Origin: Terriglobales bacterium
Lineage (GTDB): Bacteria > Acidobacteriota > Terriglobia > Terriglobales > Acidobacteriaceae
DNA length: 42,242 nt
Assembly (NCBI GenBank): GCA_035517535.1
Contig: DATIYR010000125.1
Location: forward strand, 1-42,242
Direction: 5' to 3'
The translations under genes and the position numbers were made by a program. The notes beneath the pieces were generated by a model. It did not search any database. It had not been told where the DNA came from and saw only the letters and a list, made by a program, of their open reading frames with translations. Positions 1 to 8,085 of the stretch are shown here, one piece after another; the stretch's first letter is position 1, and the number at the start of each line of letters is the position of its first letter.

Positions 1-788
1 TCTGAAGCGCCGGCCTTGATCAGGATGATCGGCTTTTGCAGCGCCACCTCGCGCGCGGCCGAAACAAACGCACGCGCGTCGCCGACCGATTCCATATACA
101 TCAGAATGCTGTGAGTATTTGGGTCATCGCCGTAATAGCGGATGAGATCGCCCCAGCTCACATCGAGCATCGAGCCGGTTGAGACGATTCCGCTGAACCC
201 AATCTCCTCCGGAATTGCCCAGTCAAGGATCGCCGTCAGCAACGCTCCGCTCTGGCCGAGGAATGCGACATTGCCCGCCTTCGGGGCGCGCTTCGCAAAC
301 GTGGCGTCCAGCCCGATTACTGGGTTCATGATTCCCAGGCAGTTTGGGCCAATCACCCGCATTGTCCCGCGCCGCAGGTGCGCACGGATCTGATTTTCCA
401 GTTCGGCGCCTGCGGCCCCGTGCTCTTTGAAGCCCGCAGAGATGATGACCGCGGCTTTGATCCCCGCATCCACGCACTGTCCGACAATATCGGGCACCGT
501 CGTTGCCGGAGTCACGATTAACGCGAGATCTATGCCCTGCGGAAGCTCGCCAACACTGGGGAAACATGGCACTCCCAGTACCTCTTTCCGCTTCGGATTT
601 ACTGCAAAGAGACTCTCTTTTATCGGGCCTTTGAGCAGGTTGGCGACCACAGTTCGGCCAACACTGCCCGGCTTTTCAGTCGCGCCAACAATAACGGCGT
701 TCCTGGGACGAAAGAAGGCATCTAACGCGGTTCTACGTGAAAACCCGACCGAAACCGGCTGAGCGATTGCGACGGTCCCTGAACTCAC
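1..788 (-). CDS. ADP/NDP-forming acetyl/acyl-CoA synthetase family protein, N-terminal part (gene continues past window start)
   Basis: Not in the ORF track because it is open at the window edge. Manual minus-strand translation from GTG at 788 gives [80 protein letters not shown]. This is the CoA-binding plus succinyl-CoA-synthetase-like fold of ADP-forming acetyl-CoA synthetases. A GGGAGGG Shine-Dalgarno lies 5 nt upstream of the GTG. Confidence 0.7.
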   Translation of the reverse strand, partial: MSSGTVAIAQPVSVGFSRRTALDAFFRPRNAVIVGATEKPGSVGRTVVANLLKGPIKESLFAVNPKRKEVLGVPCFPSVGELPQGIDLALIVTPATTVPDIVGQCVDAGIKAAVIISAGFKEHGAAGAELENQIRAHLRRGTMRVIGPNCLGIMNPVIGLDATFAKRAPKAGNVAFLGQSGALLTAILDWAIPEEIGFSGIVSTGSMLDVSWGDLIRYYGDDPNTHSILMYMESVGDARAFVSAAREVALQKPIILIKAGAS

Positions 789-875
789 TGAACCCTCCCG
801 GCTCGTTTTTATCAAGAGCCAACTCTATTGTCTGGCGAATCGATGAAGGTGGAAATTGCGCACGTCACCGCCAAA

Positions 876-891
876 TGTGATTGTAATCACA
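876..891. promoter_or_regulatory. Perfect CRP-type palindrome TGTGA-N6-TCACA (aaaTGTGAttgtaaTCACAac)
   Basis: Read directly from the sequence. Intergenic, centred about 95 nt upstream of the GTG start at 788. Matches the classical CRP-family half-sites 10/10. Confidence 0.45.
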
Positions 892-958
892 ACTTTCCAG
901 ATCGGCGGCACGAAGGGCTTGGAAATGCAAATGCCCACAAGTACTCCAAATTCGCAGA

Positions 959-3900
959 TCAGCGACTTTGTCCGACGAGGAGTGCTTCTTCGAAATGATC
1001 TTCTATATGCAGATCGGGTTTGCTGGGACGAGTTCTGCGGAACTTTGTCTGCAGCCGGTCAAGATAGACGTAGTACACCGGCGTGATGTAGAGCGTCACG
1101 ATCTGAGAAAACACCAGCCCACCGACTACTGCAAGCCCCAGACCACGCCGCGAGTCGGCGCCGGCCCCAAAGCCAATCGCAATCGGCAGCGTCCCCATCA
1201 GCGCTGACGCCGTTGTCATCATGATCGGCCGGAAGCGCACCAGCGCGCCTTCATGAATGGCATCCTCCGGACTCTTGCCTTCGGTGCGTTCCGCTTCGAG
1301 CGCGAAGTCGATCATCATGATGGCATTCTTCTTCACGATGCCAATGAGCATGATTACGCCAACGAACGAATAAAGATTCAGCTCCTGATGGAAAAGGATG
1401 AGCGTGGCCAGGGCCCCGACACCGGCAGACGGCAGGCCGGAAAGAATTGTCAGCGGATGGATGAAGCTCTCGTAGAGAATTCCCAGAATGATGTAGATCA
1501 CCAGAATCGCGGCCAGCAGAAGCAGTCCCATGCCCGCGAACGAACTGCGAAATGCTTGAGCCGACCCCTGAAATGTGCCCTGAATGTCTGCCGGCAAAAC
1601 TTGCAGTGCTTCGGCTTCGACCAGCTTGGTCGCGTCGCCTAATGCGGTTCCGGGTTTCAGATTGAAGCTCAAAGTCACCGACGGCAACTGCCCGAGGTGA
1701 TTCACCATCAGCGGACCAACAGAAGGAACGAGCTTGGCCACGGTGTCGAGTGGAACGAGCTTCCCCGTGTTTGAGCGAACGTACAATAGTGACAGCTTGT
1801 CAGGGTTGTTCTGGTATTCCGGCAACAACTCGACGATCACGTAATATTCGTTGTTCGGAGCATAAATCGTACCGATCTGGCGAGTGCCGTAGGCGGAATA
1901 GAGAGCGTCCGAAACCTGAAGCGGCGTTAGTCCCAGTGCGTAGGCTTTATCGTGATCGACGTCCACTGTGAGCTGCGGATTCGCGACTTGCAAATCGCTG
2001 GTCACATCCTGCAATTGTGGCAAAGCCCGAAGCGCGGCCTCGAGCTTAGGAGCATCCCGGTAGAGCTCGTCGGTATCTGGCGTCTGCAGCGTGTATTGGT
2101 ATTGCGATTTTGTCAGGTTTCCGCCGATGCGAATGGTCGGCGGCACCTGCATGAATACATTTAACCCCACAATCTGCGAAACTTTTGGCCGCAGTTCTTG
2201 TATTACGTCCGTCGCGCTCATGTGGTTCACACGATCTTTTTTGTCCTTCAGCCGGAAAAAGATGCGCCCTTGGTTGATAGGACTTGCAATTGCGGACATC
2301 GTGTTCAGGACGTTGGGATCGGATTGCACAATCGCGGCGACTTTTTGCTGCAGACGCATCATGTCTTGAAACGCGATGCCTTGCTGGGCCTCGGTAAAGG
2401 CGAAGACGAGGCTTTGATCCTCGTCGGGGATGAACCCAGTTTTCGAGATGGTGTACAGGTAAACCGTGAGTGCGACAACCACGAACGAAACCATCAGCGT
2501 GGCAAATTTATGCCTCAGCACGGATTTCAAGCTGCGGTCGTAACCGCGAAGCCATGCGTCAAAGCCGCGCTCGCTGTAGTTGTAGAGACGGCTGTGCTTC
2601 TCTTTTTCGTGAGCCCGAAGAAAGCGACTGCAAAGCATGGGAGTCAAGGTCAGCGAGACGAATCCTGAAACCAGGATCGCGGCGCCAATCGTCACAGCGA
2701 ACTCATGCAGCAAGCGCCCAATGATTCCTCCCATGAAAAGCAATGGAATAAAGACTGCCGCAAGCGAAAGGGTCATGGAAAGAATCGTGAAGCCGATCTG
2801 GGCCGAGCCGTCGCGGGCCGCCTGCCATGGCGTTTTGCCGTGCTCCATGTGACGAACGATGTTTTCGAGCATGACGATGGCATCGTCGACCACAAAACCA
2901 ACCGAGAGCGTCAGCGCCATGAGCGAAAGATTGTCCACGCTGTAGCCGAGCAGATACATCACGGAAAACGTCCCAATGATCGACATCGGCAGGGCCAGAG
3001 CCGGGATCAGAGTCGCAGAAACATTCCGCAGAAAAATGAAGATCACCATGATGACCAGCCCGATGGCGAGCACCAGTGTGAACTTCACGTCGTTTACCGA
3101 TGCGCGAATCGAAACTGAGCGGTCATACAAAATGTTGAGGTCGATCGCGGCGGGAATATGCTCCTGCAAGCGCGGCAGGAGCTTGCGAATGCTGTCAACA
3201 ACTTCGACCGTGTTGGTTCCCGGCTGCTTCTGAATCGCCAGCACGATGGCCCGAACGCCGTTGTACCATCCGGCGGTTTTGTCGATTTGTACGCTGTCGA
3301 TGGCCCTGCCAACGTCATTCAGCCGCACCGGAGCGCCATTACGATAAGCGATAATCATTGGCCCGAACTGCGCGGCGTTCATGCGCTGACCATTGGCGAG
3401 AATGGTGAACGTCTGGTTCTGGCCGTAGAGCGTGCCGGTGGGAAGATCAGTGTTGCCGGACTGCAACGCGGCGCTAACTTCGTCGATTCCAATCTGGCGA
3501 GAGGCCAATGCGCTGGGATCGAGTTGCGCCCGCATGGCATACTTCTGCGCGCCGAACACCATCACCTGAGCCACGCCACTGACCATGGAGACGTTTTGCG
3601 CAATCGTGGTCTCGGCGGCTTCGTCCACGTCGGAAAGCCGCAAGGTCGGAGAACTCAGAGATATGTAGAGAATCGGCGAATCGGCAGGATTTACTTTTTG
3701 AAATGTTGGAGGAGTCGGCATCTCCGGCGGAAGTTGACCGCCCGCGGCGGTGATCGCCGCCTGTACATCGAGAGCGGCGCCATCCAGATTGCGGCTGAGG
3801 TTGAACTGGATGGTGATGTTGGTATAGCCCAGTGAATTCGCCGAGGTCATCGAATCGATTCCGGCGATGGTCGAGAATTGTTTCTCGAGGGGAGTAGCTA

Positions 3901-4087
3901 CAGATGATGCCATGGTGTCCGGGCTGGCGCCAGGAAGCGACGCGCTCACCAGAATGGTTGGAAAGTCCACGTTGGGCAGATCGCTGACCGGCAGCAGGCG
4001 ATACGCGAATATGCCGAAGAGAAGAATGGCGCTCATCACGAGCGTGGTCATGATCGGCCGTTTGATGAACAGTTCCGAGAGACTCAC
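959..4087 (-). CDS. RND efflux permease (AcrB/HAE1-type inner-membrane transporter)
   Basis: 1042 aa. The N-terminus (M)SLSELFIKRPIMTTLVMSAILLFGIFAYRLLPVSDLPNVDFPTI is typical of the AcrB family, with the 12-TM/two-large-loop layout. GTG start overlaps the adaptor stop (GTGA). Confidence 0.95.
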   Translation of the reverse strand: MSLSELFIKRPIMTTLVMSAILLFGIFAYRLLPVSDLPNVDFPTILVSASLPGASPDTMASSVATPLEKQFSTIAGIDSMTSANSLGYTNITIQFNLSRNLDGAALDVQAAITAAGGQLPPEMPTPPTFQKVNPADSPILYISLSSPTLRLSDVDEAAETTIAQNVSMVSGVAQVMVFGAQKYAMRAQLDPSALASRQIGIDEVSAALQSGNTDLPTGTLYGQNQTFTILANGQRMNAAQFGPMIIAYRNGAPVRLNDVGRAIDSVQIDKTAGWYNGVRAIVLAIQKQPGTNTVEVVDSIRKLLPRLQEHIPAAIDLNILYDRSVSIRASVNDVKFTLVLAIGLVIMVIFIFLRNVSATLIPALALPMSIIGTFSVMYLLGYSVDNLSLMALTLSVGFVVDDAIVMLENIVRHMEHGKTPWQAARDGSAQIGFTILSMTLSLAAVFIPLLFMGGIIGRLLHEFAVTIGAAILVSGFVSLTLTPMLCSRFLRAHEKEKHSRLYNYSERGFDAWLRGYDRSLKSVLRHKFATLMVSFVVVALTVYLYTISKTGFIPDEDQSLVFAFTEAQQGIAFQDMMRLQQKVAAIVQSDPNVLNTMSAIASPINQGRIFFRLKDKKDRVNHMSATDVIQELRPKVSQIVGLNVFMQVPPTIRIGGNLTKSQYQYTLQTPDTDELYRDAPKLEAALRALPQLQDVTSDLQVANPQLTVDVDHDKAYALGLTPLQVSDALYSAYGTRQIGTIYAPNNEYYVIVELLPEYQNNPDKLSLLYVRSNTGKLVPLDTVAKLVPSVGPLMVNHLGQLPSVTLSFNLKPGTALGDATKLVEAEALQVLPADIQGTFQGSAQAFRSSFAGMGLLLLAAILVIYIILGILYESFIHPLTILSGLPSAGVGALATLILFHQELNLYSFVGVIMLIGIVKKNAIMMIDFALEAERTEGKSPEDAIHEGALVRFRPIMMTTASALMGTLPIAIGFGAGADSRRGLGLAVVGGLVFSQIVTLYITPVYYVYLDRLQTKFRRTRPSKPDLHIEDHFEEALLVGQSR

Positions 4088-5271
4088 AAACCGCCTCCGG
4101 CTGGGTTCGGAGTGGAGGCTGCGCTGGTTTGAGATCCGGAAATCGTTCTTTGAACAGTAACTTTAGCGTTAGGTGCAACGCGTAATTGTCCGTCCGCGAT
4201 GACGCGCTCGCCCGGGTTCAATCCGTCGGATATGAGTGTCAGGTTCTGATATGTGCCAGTGGTCTTGACCAGCCGCGGTTCAGCGGTGCTGTCGCCCCGG
4301 ATGACGTAGACGTAATCGCCTTGCTGTCCGGTCTGAATCGCCTTTGTTGGAATCACGATGGCGTTCTTCTGGGTCGAGAGCTCCAGCGCGACATCGACAA
4401 ATTCTCCCGGCCACAGCCTGCGATCCTTGTTTTGAAACGTGCCTTTCACTTTGAACGTGCCCGTGGTGGTGTCGACTCCGTTGTCGATGAATGTCAGCCG
4501 GCCGACCGCTGGATTCGTGGCCTCTCCTTTCGGATATGCGAGCACCCTGAGTTGCGTAGACGAAGAATATCGGCGTACCTGATCGAGACTCGCTTCGGGC
4601 ACGTAGAAGGTGACGTAGATCGGCGTGATCTGGTTCAGTTGCACGAGATAAGGCGTATCATTCGCCTTGACCAGATTGCCAAGATTGATCAGCAAAGCTC
4701 CGGTACGCGAATCGATTGGAGCGGCAATATCGGTGTACTGCAGTTGCACGCGGGCAGCATCAACCGCAGCCTTGTCTGCTTCAACGGCGGAAATATCGGC
4801 CTTTGCCTGCATTCGCATCTGGTCCGCAAGTTCGTGAGATACAACGCCGTCTTTCTCCAGACCCAAATAACGCTGTGCCTCGACTCGCGAATTTTCAGCT
4901 TGGGCCTGGTCGTGGTGGAGCTGACCGATGGCTTTATCGAGGTCTGCTTGGAAAGGCCGCTTGTCCAATTGAAATAGCAGTTGATCTGCGCGCACGTCCT
5001 GTCCTTCGTGAAAGAGAATTTTCACAATTTGGCCGTTAACCTGTGAGCGGATCTGCACAGTCTGATACGCCTCGACGTTGCCGATGGCGCGAATCTGAAC
5101 AGGCACGTCGCGTTGTTCAACATCAGCAGCAATTACCGGCGCCGGTGGGCGCACCAGCCCCGGGCCGGCGACCTGGGCTTTATCTTTTTTGCTGCAACCG
5201 GAAGCAAGAAGAGTAACGGACAGGCAAAAGAGCAGAATCAACCGACGTGCCCGCTCTGCGATATTGTTCAT
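4084..5271 (-). CDS. RND efflux periplasmic adaptor (membrane fusion protein), lipoprotein
   Basis: 395 aa. Signal peptide with lipobox LLASGC. Coiled-coil hairpin and beta-barrel regions typical of the HlyD/AcrA family. 4-nt overlap with the downstream RND permease. GGAG Shine-Dalgarno 8 nt upstream of the ATG. Confidence 0.9.
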   Translation of the reverse strand: MNNIAERARRLILLFCLSVTLLASGCSKKDKAQVAGPGLVRPPAPVIAADVEQRDVPVQIRAIGNVEAYQTVQIRSQVNGQIVKILFHEGQDVRADQLLFQLDKRPFQADLDKAIGQLHHDQAQAENSRVEAQRYLGLEKDGVVSHELADQMRMQAKADISAVEADKAAVDAARVQLQYTDIAAPIDSRTGALLINLGNLVKANDTPYLVQLNQITPIYVTFYVPEASLDQVRRYSSSTQLRVLAYPKGEATNPAVGRLTFIDNGVDTTTGTFKVKGTFQNKDRRLWPGEFVDVALELSTQKNAIVIPTKAIQTGQQGDYVYVIRGDSTAEPRLVKTTGTYQNLTLISDGLNPGERVIADGQLRVAPNAKVTVQRTISGSQTSAASTPNPAGGGL

Positions 5272-5331
5272 TGCAGGCTCCGCGACGATTTACAAGTACA
5301 GTTAATGTTGAGCTGGGCGTGACATTTGCGA

Positions 5332-5347
5332 TGTGACCGGAATCACT
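5332..5347. promoter_or_regulatory. CRP-type box, 9/10 match (TGTGAccggaaTCACt)
   Basis: Read directly. Intergenic, centred about 68 nt upstream of the adaptor ATG (5271) and downstream of the putative TonB-gene terminator. Confidence 0.35.
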
Positions 5348-5385
5348 GGGCTGTGTGCTCACCGCTAAACCACAGCGAATCCAAT

Positions 5386-5411
5386 GCAAAAGGCCGGGCT
5401 TACGAAGCCCG
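5386..5411 (-). terminator. Putative Rho-independent terminator after the TonB-like gene
   Basis: On the minus strand, a 7-bp stem CGGGCUU/AAGCCCG (5395-5401 / 5405-5411) with a 3-nt loop is followed by GCCUUUUGC (A-run 5388-5391 on plus). Lies about 70 nt after the stop at 5480. Confidence 0.45.
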
Positions 5412-5479
5412 AGCTCACGCGTTGCGGACGCAGCATTCAGAACGTGCACTTGCCCGAGAACTCTACTACGCGGCTGCAT

Positions 5480-6367
5480 TTAATACAGACGAAAGTTGAC
5501 CTCGACGTTGATCAGTACTGCTACGGGAATTCCATCTTTGCGGCCAGGTTCGAACGTCCACTGCTGGATAGCTTGGATCGCCTTCTCATCAAGCCCCATG
5601 CCGAGCGCACGGCGAACGTGAATCTCGTAGGTGCGGCCATCGGTTCCGACTACTGCAGACAGCACAACTGTGCCCTGATATTTGGCTTTGCGGGCTTCGT
5701 CAGAAAACTCCGGCTCGGGTGAGTAGATGACGCGCGGCGCGCTGACTCCACCCCCGACTTGGTAGACCCCTCCACCGATTCCGCCACCGTAACCAGGACC
5801 AACGCCCGGTCCGGTTCCGGAACCGACTCCGCCGCCGAAGCCGGGACCGTTCGAAGGCACGGAGAGAATAGCGGAGAGCGGATCGCCGATGGGTCCGGTA
5901 TGTGGCAGCTTAATCTGCGGCGGCACAACGACTGTGGGTTCAAACGCGAGTTTGGGGCTTTCATTCCGCACGACAACCGCGGGTGGAACGATTTGCGTTC
6001 GTGAGAAGCGCGGCAGTGCTCCGCGCGGAGCCGCCAACTTGGAGCGGTCACCCCCACCTCCCCCGCCACCAGACTTCGACCGCGAGCTCGGCAGAGTATA
6101 TGGGCTGATATCAGTTACAACCGCCGCCACCTGCTGTCGAATTTCACGAGCATGGATCGCCACAAATCTGCTCGAAACCAATAGCAGCACCAAAGCGAGT
6201 GCGTGCACAACGAAGGACCATGTGAATGAACTCTTGCGAAGGCGCGATTCAGTGGAAGCAAGCCCGAGAAGAGTGTTGAATGTTTCCGGCCGTACGCCGA
6301 ATATTACGGCATTGCCTTCTGCTTTGGGGTGTGCACCAATCCCGTGACGCCAGGCAAAAGTTACCAT
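5480..6367 (-). CDS. TonB-family energy transducer (Gly-rich linker variant)
   Basis: C-terminus ..SAPRVIYSPEPEFSDEARKAKYQGTVVLSAVVGTDGRTYEIHVRRALGMGLDEKAIQAIQQWTFEPGRKDGIPVAVLINVEVNFRLY is a TonB C-terminal domain, with a single N-terminal TM (FVVHALALVLLLV). The track ORF starts at a TTG (6424). I prefer the ATG at 6367, which is preceded by GAGGG 5 nt upstream. Confidence 0.8.
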   Translation of the reverse strand: MVTFAWRHGIGAHPKAEGNAVIFGVRPETFNTLLGLASTESRLRKSSFTWSFVVHALALVLLLVSSRFVAIHAREIRQQVAAVVTDISPYTLPSSRSKSGGGGGGGDRSKLAAPRGALPRFSRTQIVPPAVVVRNESPKLAFEPTVVVPPQIKLPHTGPIGDPLSAILSVPSNGPGFGGGVGSGTGPGVGPGYGGGIGGGVYQVGGGVSAPRVIYSPEPEFSDEARKAKYQGTVVLSAVVGTDGRTYEIHVRRALGMGLDEKAIQAIQQWTFEPGRKDGIPVAVLINVEVNFRLY

Positions 6368-6428
6368 CAGGCCCTCGAAATCAGGGCATTCGATACTTTG
6401 ATAATAGGCTGTGGGTAATGGCAACAGC

Positions 6429-6444
6429 TGTGATCACGCTCACG
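6429..6444. promoter_or_regulatory. CRP-type box, 9/10 match (TGTGAtcacgcTCACg)
   Basis: Read directly. Lies between the putative aceA terminator and the TonB-like gene, centred about 69 nt upstream of the ATG at 6367. Confidence 0.35.
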
Positions 6445-6458
6445 TAAGTTGCAGTTTT

Positions 6459-6497
6459 GCAAAATAACATCGGGCGAGAGAATTAGCTCTCTCGTCC
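6459..6497 (-). terminator. Putative Rho-independent terminator after aceA
   Basis: On the minus strand, a 10-bp stem with one mismatch (GGACGAGAGA / UCUCUCGCCC, 6472-6481 / 6488-6497) and a 6-nt loop is followed by GAUGUUAUUUUGC. Lies about 40 nt after the aceA stop. Confidence 0.45.
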
Positions 6498-6536
6498 GGT
6501 CGCAAGCGCGATCACATTGAAGATGTGGAGCGGTGC

Positions 6537-7946
6537 TTAGTCGCCTGAGGGCAGCAGTTCCTCGTGCGGCGGCATGATTTCCTTCACCATTGGCAGCGAC
6601 GGGCACTCGCCCAGAATCGGCTGGCAGGCTGCGTCCGGCCCAAGTTTCGCGTGCATCTGCCGTTTGATCTCCGCGAACTGCTCTTCTTCGGTCGAACCCT
6701 TGAGAGCGGTCGTCGAAGCCAGACCTCCGGCAATTACTTGGGTAAGCGCGTCGAAGTATCCCGTGCCGACAAAGCGCTGGTGCTTAACAGCCTGATATCC
6801 GTATTCAGCTTCGCGGCTGAATTCCTTCTCCTGCAGACGGGAGTAGGCAGTCATGCCGGTGTCTTTGTATCCCCGCGCAAGTTCAAACATGCTCAAGTTA
6901 AGGGCGTGGAAGCCAGCCAGAGTCACGAATTGAAACTTGTAACCCATCCTTGCGAGTTCTGTTTGGAAGGTCGCGATGGTGGCGTCATCAAGTTTCTTTT
7001 TCCAGTTGAACGAAGGCGAGCAGTTGTAAGCCAGCATTTTGCCCGGGAATTGTGCGTGGATTGCCGCAGCAAAGCGGCGCGCTTCTTCGAGGTTCGGTTC
7101 CGAAGTTTCGCACCAGATCAGATCCGCATAAGGCGCATACGCCAGTCCGCGTGCAATAGCAGAGTCAAGGCCTCCGCGAATGCAATAGAAACCTTCCGAC
7201 GTGCGGTCGCCGGTAAGGAACTCGCGGTCCCGCGGATCGATGTCACTGGTCAACAGATGCGCGCTGTTCGCATCGGTGCGGGCCATGATTAACGCTGGTA
7301 CGCCGAGAACATCCGCAGCAAGGCGCGCCGCAATCAGTTTCTGAATTGCTTCCGAAGTCGGCACCAGGACTTTTCCGCCCAGGTGCCCGCATTTTTTAGC
7401 GGAGGAGAGCTGATCTTCGAAATGAACACACGCCGCGCCCGCTTCGATCATCGCCTTCATCAACTCGAAAGCGTTTAATGTCCCGCCGAATCCAGCTTCG
7501 GCATCAGCAACAATCGGCGCCATCCAATAAACGCCGTTCTTCCCTTCCACCTGATGAATTTGATCGGCGCGCATGAGCGCATTGTTGATGCGGCGGATCA
7601 CGTTGGGCACGCTGTCCACGGGGTATAGGCTTTGATCGGGATACATCTGTCCGGAATCGTTGGCGTCAGCGGCGACTTGCCAGCCGCTCAGATAGATCGC
7701 CTTCAGCCCGGCCTGGACCTGCTGCACAGCCTGGTTGCCGGTCAGGGCGCCGAGTGCGGGGACGAACTCTTCATGCCGCAGCAAATACCACAGGCGCTCT
7801 GCGCCCAATCGCGCCAGCGTGTGCTCCACATGAATAGAGCCTCGCAGCTTTACGACTTGTTGGCTGGTGTAGGGCCGTTTGGTGCCGGTCCAGCGCGGGT
7901 TGGTGTGCCATTCTTTCGTCAGTTCGGTGGCGCTCAACGGAAACAT
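6537..7946 (-). CDS. aceA: Isocitrate lyase
   Basis: [37 protein letters not shown].. plus the ICL signature KKCGHLGGK. The start was set to the ATG at 7946 (AAGGAAGG Shine-Dalgarno upstream). The 635-aa track ORF is an upstream read-through artefact. 469 aa. Confidence 0.95.
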   Translation of the reverse strand: MFPLSATELTKEWHTNPRWTGTKRPYTSQQVVKLRGSIHVEHTLARLGAERLWYLLRHEEFVPALGALTGNQAVQQVQAGLKAIYLSGWQVAADANDSGQMYPDQSLYPVDSVPNVIRRINNALMRADQIHQVEGKNGVYWMAPIVADAEAGFGGTLNAFELMKAMIEAGAACVHFEDQLSSAKKCGHLGGKVLVPTSEAIQKLIAARLAADVLGVPALIMARTDANSAHLLTSDIDPRDREFLTGDRTSEGFYCIRGGLDSAIARGLAYAPYADLIWCETSEPNLEEARRFAAAIHAQFPGKMLAYNCSPSFNWKKKLDDATIATFQTELARMGYKFQFVTLAGFHALNLSMFELARGYKDTGMTAYSRLQEKEFSREAEYGYQAVKHQRFVGTGYFDALTQVIAGGLASTTALKGSTEEEQFAEIKRQMHAKLGPDAACQPILGECPSLPMVKEIMPPHEELLPSGD

Positions 7947-8008
7947 ATGAAAACCTTCCTTGCGGACTCGATCAGTAAAACGCACGTACGGCATGTACTC
8001 CAAACCGG

Positions 8009-8027
8009 GTCGTCCGTAACGGACGAC
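8009..8027. promoter_or_regulatory. Perfect 9-1-9 palindrome GTCGTCCGTaACGGACGAC in the divergent aceA/aceB control region (operator or leader hairpin)
   Basis: Read directly. Followed on the plus strand by TGGACCTTTTTGG. Lies 59 nt upstream of the aceB ATG and 63 nt upstream of the aceA ATG. Confidence 0.4.
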
Positions 8028-8085
8028 TGGACCTTTTTGGACTAGAAGACAAACGTTGCGGCAAAGCTGAACTAACATATTGGAC

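Noticed and set aside
5745-6075. G-rich/C-rich low-complexity DNA (runs encoding GGGGGGG and GPGxGxG) inside the TonB-like gene, considered as a possible slippage/phase-variation tract or a frameshifted pseudogene
   Set aside because: The frame stays open through both tracts and ends in an intact TonB C-terminal domain. The tracts are imperfect codon-level Gly repeats rather than homopolymers, so they most simply replace the usual Pro-rich TonB linker.
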